Shown here: one piece after another, positions 17,929-25,906 of the stretch
Layout: each line of letters opens with the position of its first letter
Position numbering within the stretch: the stretch's first letter is position 1
IMG/VR virus record: IMGVR_UViG_3300047561_000919
Location: 1 to 25,906 of that record
Length of the DNA stretch: 25,906 bases
Source: a virus
Lineage: Duplodnaviria; Caudoviricetes
Reading direction: 5' to 3' (one strand)
Translations under genes and position numbers: made by a program
Notes under the pieces: generated by a model
Seen by the model: only the letters and a program-made list of their open reading frames with translations
Database searches by the model: none
What the model was told of the DNA's origin: nothing

Positions 17929-18149
17929 TCAGTTAGTTTGTCGTTCATTGCATCTTCTAAAATCTCAGCCTCAGCTATAATATCTTCATCAGCTGCTAGT
18001 GCCTTGCTTCTCGCTTCATCAATAAACATAGTCGAGAGATGGGAAGCGCGCATCATGGCTTCTCCCTCAGTATATTTACCATCTAACCAATCTTTAAAAT
18101 ATTTGTTAGATAGATCTTCTATTGTGCTAATCGTATTAATCATTGTCAT
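17916..18149 (-). CDS. Small acidic hypothetical protein (early-type operon)
   Basis: ORF 17916..18158; SD GAAAGGA favours a start near 18149. Confidence 0.6.
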   Translation of the reverse strand: MTMINTISTIEDLSNKYFKDWLDGKYTEGEAMMRASHLSTMFIDEARSKALAADEDIIAEAEILEDAMNDKLTDWRN

Positions 18150-18282
18150 CTTGTTCATCCTTTCTAGTTATTATGTTTCTTGCTTGCTCTACTGTAAGCC
18201 TATCGTTTAGAATATGCAATAGCATATCTTGTATCTCATCAGCATCAGAGCTCCAGTTCCACAGGTCTTTGTTTGTCATCAT
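18136..18282 (-). CDS. Small protein (48 aa), first gene of the leftward operon, not in the ORF track
   Basis: MMTNKDLWNWSSDADEIQDMLLHILNDRLTVEQARNIITRKDEQDDND; strong SD AAGGAG. Confidence 0.65.
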   Translation of the reverse strand: MMTNKDLWNWSSDADEIQDMLLHILNDRLTVEQARNIITRKDEQDDND

Positions 18283-18302
18283 ATCTTTCTCCTTGTTAAT
18301 AT

Positions 18303-18331
18303 ATCCTACTTTATCCTATTACTATTGTCAA
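18303..18331 (-). promoter_or_regulatory. Strong leftward sigma70 promoter
   Basis: TTGACA-17nt-TAGGAT on the - strand, upstream of SD AAGGAG; TAGGAT occurs twice. Confidence 0.7.
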
Positions 18332-18340
18332 GTCAATAGG

Positions 18341-18426
18341 TGTGACATAATGTTGCAGCCTCGGTGCTTGCTGCTCGTGGCTAGATGCATGAGACGAGTA
18401 GCAAGTCAATGCGACATATTGTCGCA
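18341..18426. repeat. Two operator-like palindromes flanking an orientation-switching heptamer array
   Basis: TGTGACA-TAA-TGTTGCA (18341-18357) and TGCGACA-TAT-TGTCGCA (18410-18426); the array spans 18360-18405. Confidence 0.8.
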
Positions 18427-18703
18427 GGCTTGCCTTATTGTTGCCACAATTCGCGCCAGTTGCGCGGCCGCCACCGGTGGGATACTGGCGTAGTGGTACA
18501 GGTGACGGGCGGCGTCGGCATCTCACACCACATAGAGGGGTCCCTATCACTTTAAAGATCATTATTTGTTTTAAAATATCAATTACCCCTATTTAAAAAG
18601 GGGACCCAGGTTTTCCCCCTTGCGCCTTGATTTAGCCTTTTAGAGGTGCTAAAAACATATTAACATCAAAACAGTAGATGCAAAAAATTTTATAAAAAAT
18701 TTT

Positions 18704-20176
18704 ATGGAAATTGATTTAGAAAAGATAAAGAAGTTACCACCTGACATTAGAAAAGAATATTTAAAAACTCTTTTAATGGCAAAAGAAAAAAGAAAGATTG
18801 AAAAAATAAATGTAGATTTTTTATCTTTTGTTAAACATGTTTGGCCAGAATTTATTCAAGGTTATCATCATAAAAAAATTGCAGAAAAATTTAATGATTT
18901 GGCTCAAGGTAAAATTAAAAGGCTTATTATCAATATGCCACCAAGACATACAAAGTCTGAGTTCGCTTCGTTCTTGCTGCCAGCATGGATGATTGGGCAA
19001 CGACCTAAATTAAAGATAATTCAAACGACTCACACCACAGAATTAGCGGTTAGGTTTGGTCGTAAGGCTAAAACATTAATGGACACAGAAGAATACAAAC
19101 AAGTTTTTAAAACAAGATTAAGAGAAGATAGTCAGGCGGCTGGTAAATGGGAAACAGAACAAGGAGGCGAGTACTTTGCAGCGGGTGTTGGTGGAGCTAT
19201 TACTGGACGAGGTGCAGATCTATTAATTATTGACGATCCACATTCTGAACAGGATGCTCTAAATGTTGATGCGTTAGAGCGTGCATACGAGTGGTATACA
19301 TCTGGACCTAGACAGCGTTTACAACCAGGTGGAGCAATCGTTGTGGTTATGACAAGATGGAATACAAAAGATTTAACTGGAAAGTTGTTACAAGCATCTG
19401 GAGATATTAAATCAGATAAATGGGAGATAATAGAATTTCCAGCAATACTTCCATCAGGTAAACCTATTTGGCCAGAGTATTGGAAGCTTGAAGAATTAGA
19501 GGCTGTTAAAGCATCATTAAGTTTACCTAAGTGGAATGCTCAATGGATGCAAAATCCAACATCAGAAGAAGGAGCTATCATTAAACGTGAATGGTGGAGT
19601 AAATGGGATAGTGAATCTATACCTGATCTTTACCATGTCATACAATCTTACGATACGGCATTTATGAAAAAAGAAACTGCCGATTATTCAGCTATAACTA
19701 CTTGGGGAGTATTTTATCATTCAGAAGATTCTGGCCCCCAGTTAATATTATTGGATGCAATTAAGAAACGATTAGAGTTTCCAGAGCTTAGAAGACTTGC
19801 ATATGAACAGTTTAGATATTGGAATCCTGATACTGTACTTGTTGAATCTAAAGCTTCTGGACTTCCTTTAACATATGAATTACGTAAAATGGGAATCCCA
19901 GTTATCAACTTTACACCAAGTAAAGGAAATGATAAGCATACCCGTGTTAACAGTGTTGCACCTCTATTTGAGAGTGGCTGCATATGGGCACCTACTCACA
20001 AAAGCTTTGCTCAAGAAGTAATTGAAGAGTGTGCTGCGTTTCCTTATGGAGACCATGATGACCTTGTTGACTCCATGACTCAAGCAGTTATGCGTTTTAG
20101 ACAAGGTGGTTTTATTGAACATCCTGAGGATTACGTTGAAGAAGAAGTAATCCACGAGGAAAAGGAATTGTATTAA
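18704..20176 (+). CDS. terL: Terminase large subunit
   Basis: NMPPRHTKS (Walker A), LLIIDD (Walker B), and nuclease motifs SYDTAF, ADYSA and HDDLVDS. Confidence 0.95.
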   Translation: MEIDLEKIKKLPPDIRKEYLKTLLMAKEKRKIEKINVDFLSFVKHVWPEFIQGYHHKKIAEKFNDLAQGKIKRLIINMPPRHTKSEFASFLLPAWMIGQRPKLKIIQTTHTTELAVRFGRKAKTLMDTEEYKQVFKTRLREDSQAAGKWETEQGGEYFAAGVGGAITGRGADLLIIDDPHSEQDALNVDALERAYEWYTSGPRQRLQPGGAIVVVMTRWNTKDLTGKLLQASGDIKSDKWEIIEFPAILPSGKPIWPEYWKLEELEAVKASLSLPKWNAQWMQNPTSEEGAIIKREWWSKWDSESIPDLYHVIQSYDTAFMKKETADYSAITTWGVFYHSEDSGPQLILLDAIKKRLEFPELRRLAYEQFRYWNPDTVLVESKASGLPLTYELRKMGIPVINFTPSKGNDKHTRVNSVAPLFESGCIWAPTHKSFAQEVIEECAAFPYGDHDDLVDSMTQAVMRFRQGGFIEHPEDYVEEEVIHEEKELY

Positions 20177-20177
20177 T

Positions 20178-21227
20178 ATGAATAAATTTTTAGCAGAGCT
20201 TTTACAATTGGCAAAAGAAGTTGGAGTTAATCCTGCAAAACTTGCTGGTACAAGAACTAATATTACACCAATAACAAAACCATCTCTTACAAGAATCAAT
20301 GTAGATCCCGTTAGACTTAAAGCTGCATTTGAAGATGGATCTCTTTCTAAAGAAGAAGTTAAAAGACAAATTGAAGAAGTTATTTCTTTAGGCATGGCTG
20401 GAAAATTAAATGATGTTGAGATGAGTAAAGCTATTAGTAACATTAGATCTGGAAGAGACGCTATTAATCCTCCAGCAGCTGATATTGTAGATATGGGTAG
20501 CAAGCAGCGAGTAGCTGGTGAAGGATTAGAATCTTTAAAAGAACAAGCTGGATTATCTGCACGTCCAGGATCTCCTATTGGTGATTTAGAATTGAGAAGC
20601 AAACAGCTAGTACAAAAAGCTGGTGGTATAGAACAAGCTTTAAAAGAAAAACCATCTGATATAAAATCTATCTTAGATGATTTTATGAAAGGTCAAACAA
20701 CTCAAAATGATTTAAATAAAGAAGGTTTAGTTAGAGCAACTGTTAGAAATATTATGGAGAATGATATTAAAGCAGGAAAATTAAAAAATTTAAAAAAAGG
20801 GGATCTATATGACAAAGATCCCATCGAACATTTTAGAATTAATTATGGTGAGGATGCTTTAGAACAAATAGATAGTTTAGCTCCTGATTTTAGAAATTTA
20901 TACACAGCAGATGAAGCTGAAAAATTAGTTAGATCTAAATTTGAATTAGAACCAAAAGCAAAACCAAGTGATGAATTAAATCCATTTATAACAGAAGAAA
21001 AAGCAAAAGGCGGAAGAGTTGGTTATGCAAGTGGGTCTAAGTTAACTGACACAGGTAAATCTTTAGAAGAAAGTATTAAGGAAGAACATAAATCTTATAA
21101 TAATTATAGAAAATCTATTGATGAAGCACCTATACCATTAGATGATGAATATATTAGAATGTGGATACGAAGTAGATTAAAATCAGGTGGCCCTGCAGAG
21201 GGATTAGATTATTTAGTAGGAGAATAA
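20178..21227 (+). CDS. Probable virion-associated hypothetical protein
   Basis: Helical 349-aa ORF between terL and portal; KAKGGRVGYASG and LKSGG motifs. Confidence 0.6.
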   Translation: MNKFLAELLQLAKEVGVNPAKLAGTRTNITPITKPSLTRINVDPVRLKAAFEDGSLSKEEVKRQIEEVISLGMAGKLNDVEMSKAISNIRSGRDAINPPAADIVDMGSKQRVAGEGLESLKEQAGLSARPGSPIGDLELRSKQLVQKAGGIEQALKEKPSDIKSILDDFMKGQTTQNDLNKEGLVRATVRNIMENDIKAGKLKNLKKGDLYDKDPIEHFRINYGEDALEQIDSLAPDFRNLYTADEAEKLVRSKFELEPKAKPSDELNPFITEEKAKGGRVGYASGSKLTDTGKSLEESIKEEHKSYNNYRKSIDEAPIPLDDEYIRMWIRSRLKSGGPAEGLDYLVGE

Positions 21228-21228
21228 T

Positions 21229-21396
21229 ATGGAAACAGGTAGATATAAACAAGCAATGAGTTTTTTAATGAATCCAAAATACATAAGAAACGATTTTGTA
21301 ATACCTAAAAGACCTGTTTCAATAGAAGAATTACAAATGCCTGAAACAAACATTACTGAAGAAGACAATAAAACATTACTAACTTCAGAAGAATAG
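21229..21396 (+). CDS. Small hypothetical protein (55 aa)
   Basis: METGRYKQAMSFLMNPKY...; SD AGGAG. Confidence 0.6.
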   Translation: METGRYKQAMSFLMNPKYIRNDFVIPKRPVSIEELQMPETNITEEDNKTLLTSEE

Positions 21397-21401
21397 ATCA
21401 T

Positions 21402-21551
21402 ATGGTTTCAGTTAAAAGACTAACAACAACCATACCACCTTTAAAGGGGCCATGTTCGCAAGGCTTGAATATGCCTAATAAAAAGGTTAAGGTGGTAGCT
21501 TCGGAGAAAAATAATAATGGCAGATATAGACAAGGCACTTCCAAACGTTGA
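21402..21551 (+). CDS. Small protein (49 aa) overlapping the portal start
   Basis: MVSVKRLTTTIPPLKGPCSQGL...; fills the gap before the portal gene. Confidence 0.5.
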   Translation: MVSVKRLTTTIPPLKGPCSQGLNMPNKKVKVVASEKNNNGRYRQGTSKR

Positions 21552-23997
21552 TCAGCAATTTAAAGTCCCGACTGAAGAGGAATTAATACAACAAGAACAA
21601 TTCCCTGAAGCAAAAGGACCTACTGATGTTACTGAGAACGAAGATGGAAGTGTTGATATTAACTTTGACCCTCGTAGCACGCCGCTAGACGCTGGCAAAG
21701 ATCATTTTGCAAATTTAGCAGAAGTTTTAGACGACGATATTTTAGGACCTATTGGCTCAGAGCTAATGGATGATTATACAGATTATAAATCTTCACGAGA
21801 AGATTGGGAAAGAACTTATACAAACGGATTAGATCTTTTAGGATTTAAATACGAACGTAGAACTCAGCCATTCAGAGGAGCATCGGGTGCGACGCATCCA
21901 GTACTTGCAGAAGCTGTAACTCAGTTTCAAGCTTTAGCATATAAAGAATTATTACCAGCAGAAGGACCAGTTAGAACTCAGATTATGGGAGCTGCAACTC
22001 CTGAGAAGGAGCAGCAAGCAGCGAGAGTCAAGGAATACATGAATTATCAAATCATGGATGTCATGAAAGAGTATGAGCCAGAGTTTGATCAAATGTTATT
22101 TTATTTACCATTATCAGGATCTACATTTAAAAAAGTTTATTATGATTCAGTATTAGGAAGACCAGTATCTCAATTTATTCAAGCAGAAGATTTAATTGTT
22201 CCTTACACAGCAACTTCTATTGAAGATGCTGATGCAGTTATTCATGTACTTAAAGTTTCTGAAAACAATTTACGTAAACAACAAGTATCAGGATTCTATA
22301 AAGATATAGAATTAACTCCAACGGACGATGATGCTGTTACTAATCAATTAGATGAAGCTAAGAGAAGAATAGAAGGAATTAGAAAAACACAAGGTGCAGA
22401 TGTTTATACATTATTAGAATGTCATATTAATTTGGATATTGAAGGATTCGAAGATATGGATGCTTCTGGTGAGCCCACAGGTATTAAACTTCCATACATT
22501 GTAACTGTAGAAGAAGCTTCTAGAAAAGTTTTATCTATTAAAAGAAACTGGAAACAAGAAGATCCTAAAAAAGAAAAGATTCAATATTTTGTACACTTTA
22601 AATTTTTACCAGGTTTAGGTTTTTATGGATTTGGATTAATTCATATGATTGGTGGTTTATCTAGAACTGCAACAAGTGCTTTAAGACAATTAATTGATGC
22701 AGGTACATTATCTAATTTACCAGCTGGATTTAAAACAAGAGGTATTAGAGTAAGAGACGATTCACAACCTATTCAACCAGGTGAATGGAGAGATGTTGAT
22801 GCCCCAGGAGGAAATCTTAAAGATTCATTTATGCCACTTCCATTTAAAGAACCTTCGCAAACATTACTTGCTTTAATGGGTGTTGTTGTTCAAGCAGGAC
22901 AAAGATTTGCATCAATTGCTGATTTAAATGTTGGTGATGGTAATCAACAGGCAGCTGTTGGTACAACTGTTGCTTTACTTGAAAGAGGAAGTAGAACAAT
23001 GTCAGCTATTCATAAAAGAATTTACGCAGCTTTAAAACAAGAGTTCGGACTATTAGCTACACAATTTAAAGTTAATTTACCACCGGTATATCCATACGAT
23101 GTTATTGGTGGACAAAGACAAATTAAGCAAGCTGATTTTAATGATAACGTTGCAATTGTTCCAGTTGCAGATCCAAATATATTTTCACAAACACAAAGAA
23201 TATCTTTAGCACAAACTGAAATGCAACTTGCTGCAGCTAATCCTGGAATTCATAATACATATGAAGTTTACAGAAATATGTACGAAGCATTAGGAGTAAA
23301 AGATATTGATAAGATTTTAATTCGACCACAACAACCACAACCAAAGGACCCTGCACTAGAACACATTGATGCTCTTGCAGGGAAACCGTTCCAAGCATTC
23401 CCTGGACAAGATCATAGATCTCATATTACTTCACACTTAAGTTTTATGGCAACAAACATGGCAAAAAATGCTCCAGTGGTTATGGCTGCATTAGAAAAAA
23501 ATATTTTTGAACATATTTCTATTATGGCTCAAGAACATACACAGATAGAATTTCAAAATGAGATACAACAATTACAAATGATGACTCAACAGATGCAACA
23601 AATGGGTCAACAGAATCCACAGGTGATGCAACAAATGCAAACACAAGCTAAAATGCTTCAAGAAAAGATTGAAGCTAGAAAATCACAATTAATTTCTGAT
23701 GCAATGGAAGAATTTTTAAAGGAAGAACAACAAATTTCATCACAATTTGGAAATGACCCAATTGCAATGTTAAGATCTAGAGAGTTAGATCTTAGAGCTC
23801 AGGAAAATGCTATTAAAGAAGAACAAGCTAAGGAAAGAATTAACCTTGACAAGATGAGAGCTATGATGAATCAATCTACTCAAGACGAAAAACTACAGCA
23901 AAATGAAGATTTAGCTAAGATGAGAGCCAGTACTTCTTTACAAAAGACAGTGTTATCTGCTAAGTTAAAAAAAGATAGTGAAAATTTTAAAAAATAA
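21517..23997 (+). CDS. Portal protein (podovirus type) with a long Q/M-rich coiled-coil C-terminus
   Basis: 826 aa downstream of terL; HPVLAEAVTQFQA, LSGSTFKKVYYD and GFYGFGLIH motifs; helical barrel-like tail. Confidence 0.85.
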   Translation: MADIDKALPNVDQQFKVPTEEELIQQEQFPEAKGPTDVTENEDGSVDINFDPRSTPLDAGKDHFANLAEVLDDDILGPIGSELMDDYTDYKSSREDWERTYTNGLDLLGFKYERRTQPFRGASGATHPVLAEAVTQFQALAYKELLPAEGPVRTQIMGAATPEKEQQAARVKEYMNYQIMDVMKEYEPEFDQMLFYLPLSGSTFKKVYYDSVLGRPVSQFIQAEDLIVPYTATSIEDADAVIHVLKVSENNLRKQQVSGFYKDIELTPTDDDAVTNQLDEAKRRIEGIRKTQGADVYTLLECHINLDIEGFEDMDASGEPTGIKLPYIVTVEEASRKVLSIKRNWKQEDPKKEKIQYFVHFKFLPGLGFYGFGLIHMIGGLSRTATSALRQLIDAGTLSNLPAGFKTRGIRVRDDSQPIQPGEWRDVDAPGGNLKDSFMPLPFKEPSQTLLALMGVVVQAGQRFASIADLNVGDGNQQAAVGTTVALLERGSRTMSAIHKRIYAALKQEFGLLATQFKVNLPPVYPYDVIGGQRQIKQADFNDNVAIVPVADPNIFSQTQRISLAQTEMQLAAANPGIHNTYEVYRNMYEALGVKDIDKILIRPQQPQPKDPALEHIDALAGKPFQAFPGQDHRSHITSHLSFMATNMAKNAPVVMAALEKNIFEHISIMAQEHTQIEFQNEIQQLQMMTQQMQQMGQQNPQVMQQMQTQAKMLQEKIEARKSQLISDAMEEFLKEEQQISSQFGNDPIAMLRSRELDLRAQENAIKEEQAKERINLDKMRAMMNQSTQDEKLQQNEDLAKMRASTSLQKTVLSAKLKKDSENFKK

Positions 23998-24012
23998 GGT
24001 ATAAATAAGCTT

Positions 24013-24210
24013 ATGAAAAATAAAAAAGATAAATCTCAAGGAGTTTATGGTACTCAAGTAGGAGATCATAGTAAATTCTTAAATTCTGATGGCTATAAAA
24101 AAGGTGGCATTGATGTTGAAGTTACAAATAAAATGGAAACACAAAGTGTACAAGTAAAAGGTCAGAGCAGAATGTTACCAGAAAAAAAATCTAAAGCTGA
24201 ATGGTACTAG
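24013..24210 (+). CDS. Small hypothetical structural-region protein
   Basis: 65 aa; contains GYKKGG. Confidence 0.65.
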   Translation: MKNKKDKSQGVYGTQVGDHSKFLNSDGYKKGGIDVEVTNKMETQSVQVKGQSRMLPEKKSKAEWY

Positions 24211-24211
24211 T

Positions 24212-24634
24212 ATGTTACCAATGCTTGGAGCTATTGCGCCATTAGCTAAGATATTATTTAGTACAATAGAAAAAGCAGTTCCAGACAGAGATTTACAAGA
24301 AAAATTAAAAGCTCAACTTAATCAACAATTACTACAATCTAGTACAGAAGAATTAAAAGCGGCAGCATCTATTGTTGAAGCAGAGGCTAAAGCAGGCTGG
24401 TTTACAGCAAGTTGGAGGCCCCTTTTAATGTACGTATTAATCTTTATATTAGTCTGGAATTATATTCTTGGACCTGTTATAAGATTAATGATAGGAACTG
24501 TTATTACATTTGAATTACCAGGAGATGTTTGGACATTGTTACAAATTGGACTTGGTGGATATGTAGTAGGACGTTCTGGTGAGTCAATCGCAAGAACGAT
24601 GGCTAATAAAACAACAAGTACTAACAAGGAGTAA
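24212..24634 (+). CDS. Holin of the 3-TM (GTA holin-like) family
   Basis: AEAKAGWFTASWRPLLMY, LWxLL-like and LGGYVVGRSGE motifs with TM segments. Confidence 0.8.
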   Translation: MLPMLGAIAPLAKILFSTIEKAVPDRDLQEKLKAQLNQQLLQSSTEELKAAASIVEAEAKAGWFTASWRPLLMYVLIFILVWNYILGPVIRLMIGTVITFELPGDVWTLLQIGLGGYVVGRSGESIARTMANKTTSTNKE

Positions 24635-24638
24635 AAAA

Positions 24639-25118
24639 ATGAGAAACGATTTTAAACAAAGACCAAGATCAGATTTTAGAGGGGGCGGTATTGCTCTTAG
24701 AGGAATAGGAGCTGCACTTAGAGGCGGCGGAATTGCTCAAAGAGGAATGGGAGTTGCTCTTAAAGACGGTGGAAAATTATTCGGTGGAAAAGAAACTTAC
24801 AAAGAAGAATTAGGAGAAGCTAAAGCAGTTGCTTCTAAAAAAATTTCCCCAAAACAATTTGTTAAAGGAGAAAAATCAGAAAAACATAAAGGCGAAGAAT
24901 TAAAAAATTTAGCTAAACAAGCTAAGTCTATTAAATCTGGAAAAATGTCTCCAGAACAATACGCTAAAATGGAAACTTCTGAGCCAATGAAAAAAGGTGG
25001 AAGAGCTTTAAAAAAAGTAGATTCAGGAAAAAATCCAGGTCTTGCAAAGTTACCAACTTCAGTAAGAAATAAAATGGGTTTTATGAAAAAAGGTGGCAAA
25101 GCTAATAAGAAAAAATAA
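24639..25118 (+). CDS. Basic Gly/Lys-rich protein with repeated GG modules
   Basis: SD AAGGAG then ATG 24639; FRGG, LRGG, LKDGG and MKKGG x2. Confidence 0.75.
   Translation: MRNDFKQRPRSDFRGGGIALRGIGAALRGGGIAQRGMGVALKDGGKLFGGKETYKEELGEAKAVASKKISPKQFVKGEKSEKHKGEELKNLAKQAKSIKSGKMSPEQYAKMETSEPMKKGGRALKKVDSGKNPGLAKLPTSVRNKMGFMKKGGKANKKK
24677..24773 (+). repeat. 42-bp in-frame tandem repeat (about 2.3 copies)
   Basis: Units at 24677, 24719 and 24761 encode RGGGIALRGIGAAL / RGGGIAQRGMGVAL / KDGG. Confidence 0.85.
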
Positions 25119-25324
25119 TGGCTGGATTAGGATGTCAGACAAAAGGAACAGGTATTGCTAGAGTACAAAAAGCCAAAGGTGGCAAAGTTCAAAAAGTAAT
25201 GCATGAATTTAAATCTGGTAAGTTACATTCTGGAAATAAAAAAGGTCCGGTTGTAAAATCTAGAAAACAAGCTATTGCAATTGCTCTTTCTGAAGCAGGA
25301 AAATCTAAAAAAAATAATGACTAG
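25118..25324 (+). CDS. Small basic protein: GG leader plus a DUF6496-like core
   Basis: KVMHEFKSGKLHSG...VKSRKQAIAIALSEA. Confidence 0.75.
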   Translation: MAGLGCQTKGTGIARVQKAKGGKVQKVMHEFKSGKLHSGNKKGPVVKSRKQAIAIALSEAGKSKKNND

Positions 25325-25541
25325 ATTTAAGAAACAAACTTTAAAAGATAAAAGAAAAAAACCTTTAACTGTAGCTGGAACAGCTATGTCCTCAATGATG
25401 CCATCTATGAATTCTAATAATATGATGGGACCTACAGCGCCAGAAGGCGATATGGGTTCTTCTCAAGGTTTTAAAAAAGGTGGAATAATTTCTAGAGGTC
25501 AAGGTGACGTAATAAAAATTAAAACAACTAAATATTGTTAA
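25317..25541 (+). CDS. Small basic, Met-rich protein with a C-terminal GG module
   Basis: Likely start ATG 25317; GFKKGGIISRGQG. Confidence 0.65.
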   Translation: MTRFKKQTLKDKRKKPLTVAGTAMSSMMPSMNSNNMMGPTAPEGDMGSSQGFKKGGIISRGQGDVIKIKTTKYC

Positions 25542-25741
25542 TGGCTGGACTTGGAAAACAATTAAGAGGAACTGGTATTGCTAAAATACAAATGAAAAAA
25601 GGTGGTTCTTCTAAGCCAGGTCTTTGGGCAAATATAAATCGTAGAAAAAAATTAGGTATATCAAGACCTAAATCTAAAACTACTATTTCTAAAGAAGCAT
25701 ATTCCAACATGAAAAAAGGTTTCCCTAAAAATAAAAAATAA
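25541..25741 (+). CDS. Small basic protein: GG leader plus a PGLWANI core
   Basis: MAGLGKQLRGTGIAKIQMKKGG...PGLWANINRRKK. Confidence 0.75.
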   Translation: MAGLGKQLRGTGIAKIQMKKGGSSKPGLWANINRRKKLGISRPKSKTTISKEAYSNMKKGFPKNKK

Positions 25742-25906
25742 TGCCTGAAGATTATAATGAAAAATATTATAAACTTGAAAAAAAAAGACAAGAATCTTTT
25801 AAAAATTCTGAAAAAGAATTAAATAAAAAATATAAACAAATCATGGAAGAAGAAAGCATACAAGAGGGTCTTAATCGATTACATACAGAAGATTCAAATG
25901 CAGAAT
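25741..25906 (+). CDS. Hypothetical protein, 3'-truncated by the window edge
   Basis: TAATG-coupled; MPEDYNEKYYKLEKKRQESF... is open to the end of the window. Confidence 0.55.
   Translation, partial: MPEDYNEKYYKLEKKRQESFKNSEKELNKKYKQIMEEESIQEGLNRLHTEDSNAE

Noticed and set aside
18143-18562. ORFs 18143..18493 (+) and 18311..18562 (-)
   Set aside because: They cross the promoter and palindrome region, have atypical composition and lack an SD; probably spurious.
23570-23660. CAAATG/CAGATG repeats in the portal gene
   Set aside because: In-frame Q/M low complexity typical of portal C-terminal coils.
24639-24780. LRGG as a ubiquitin-like C-terminus
   Set aside because: There is no beta-grasp domain, the motif is internal and low-complexity, and no E1/E2 genes are in the window.
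2734-25791. Antisense and alternate-frame ORFs in the track (e.g. 2734, 4019, 4829, 7306, 8786, 14848, 19964, 24797, 25528)
   Set aside because: They are shadows of well-supported genes and have no recognisable motifs.

Overview
AT-rich segment of a tailed dsDNA phage genome with podovirus-type organisation. The gene set resembles uncultured aquatic phages of streamlined alphaproteobacteria (SAR11/LD12 type); the host is inferred, not shown. Order: partial Hsp20; a divergent SNF2 helicase; a replication module (SSB-like protein, AEP-type primase, UvrD/SF1 helicase, DUF3310, family A DNA polymerase with Leu at position 762); two peptidoglycan hydrolases; tightly coupled small genes (DenV-like glycosylase, sigma-region-4 protein, PD-(D/E)XK and HNH nucleases); a repeat-rich intergenic region; an inverted small terminase; a short leftward early-type operon; a GC-rich palindromic junction at 18.3-18.6 kb; large terminase; portal; 3-TM holin; and small basic proteins. 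Two patterns are not explained by the annotation. (1) Phased 7-nt arrays (CRAG-NNN)n are scattered through coding DNA, are strand-polarised, and invert within one array at about 18385 between two TGYGACA-N3-TGTYGCA palindromes. (2) A shared Gly-rich module ending in x-K/R-x-GG is attached to several unrelated small proteins of the structural region. I found no tRNA, rRNA, CRISPR array or integrase.
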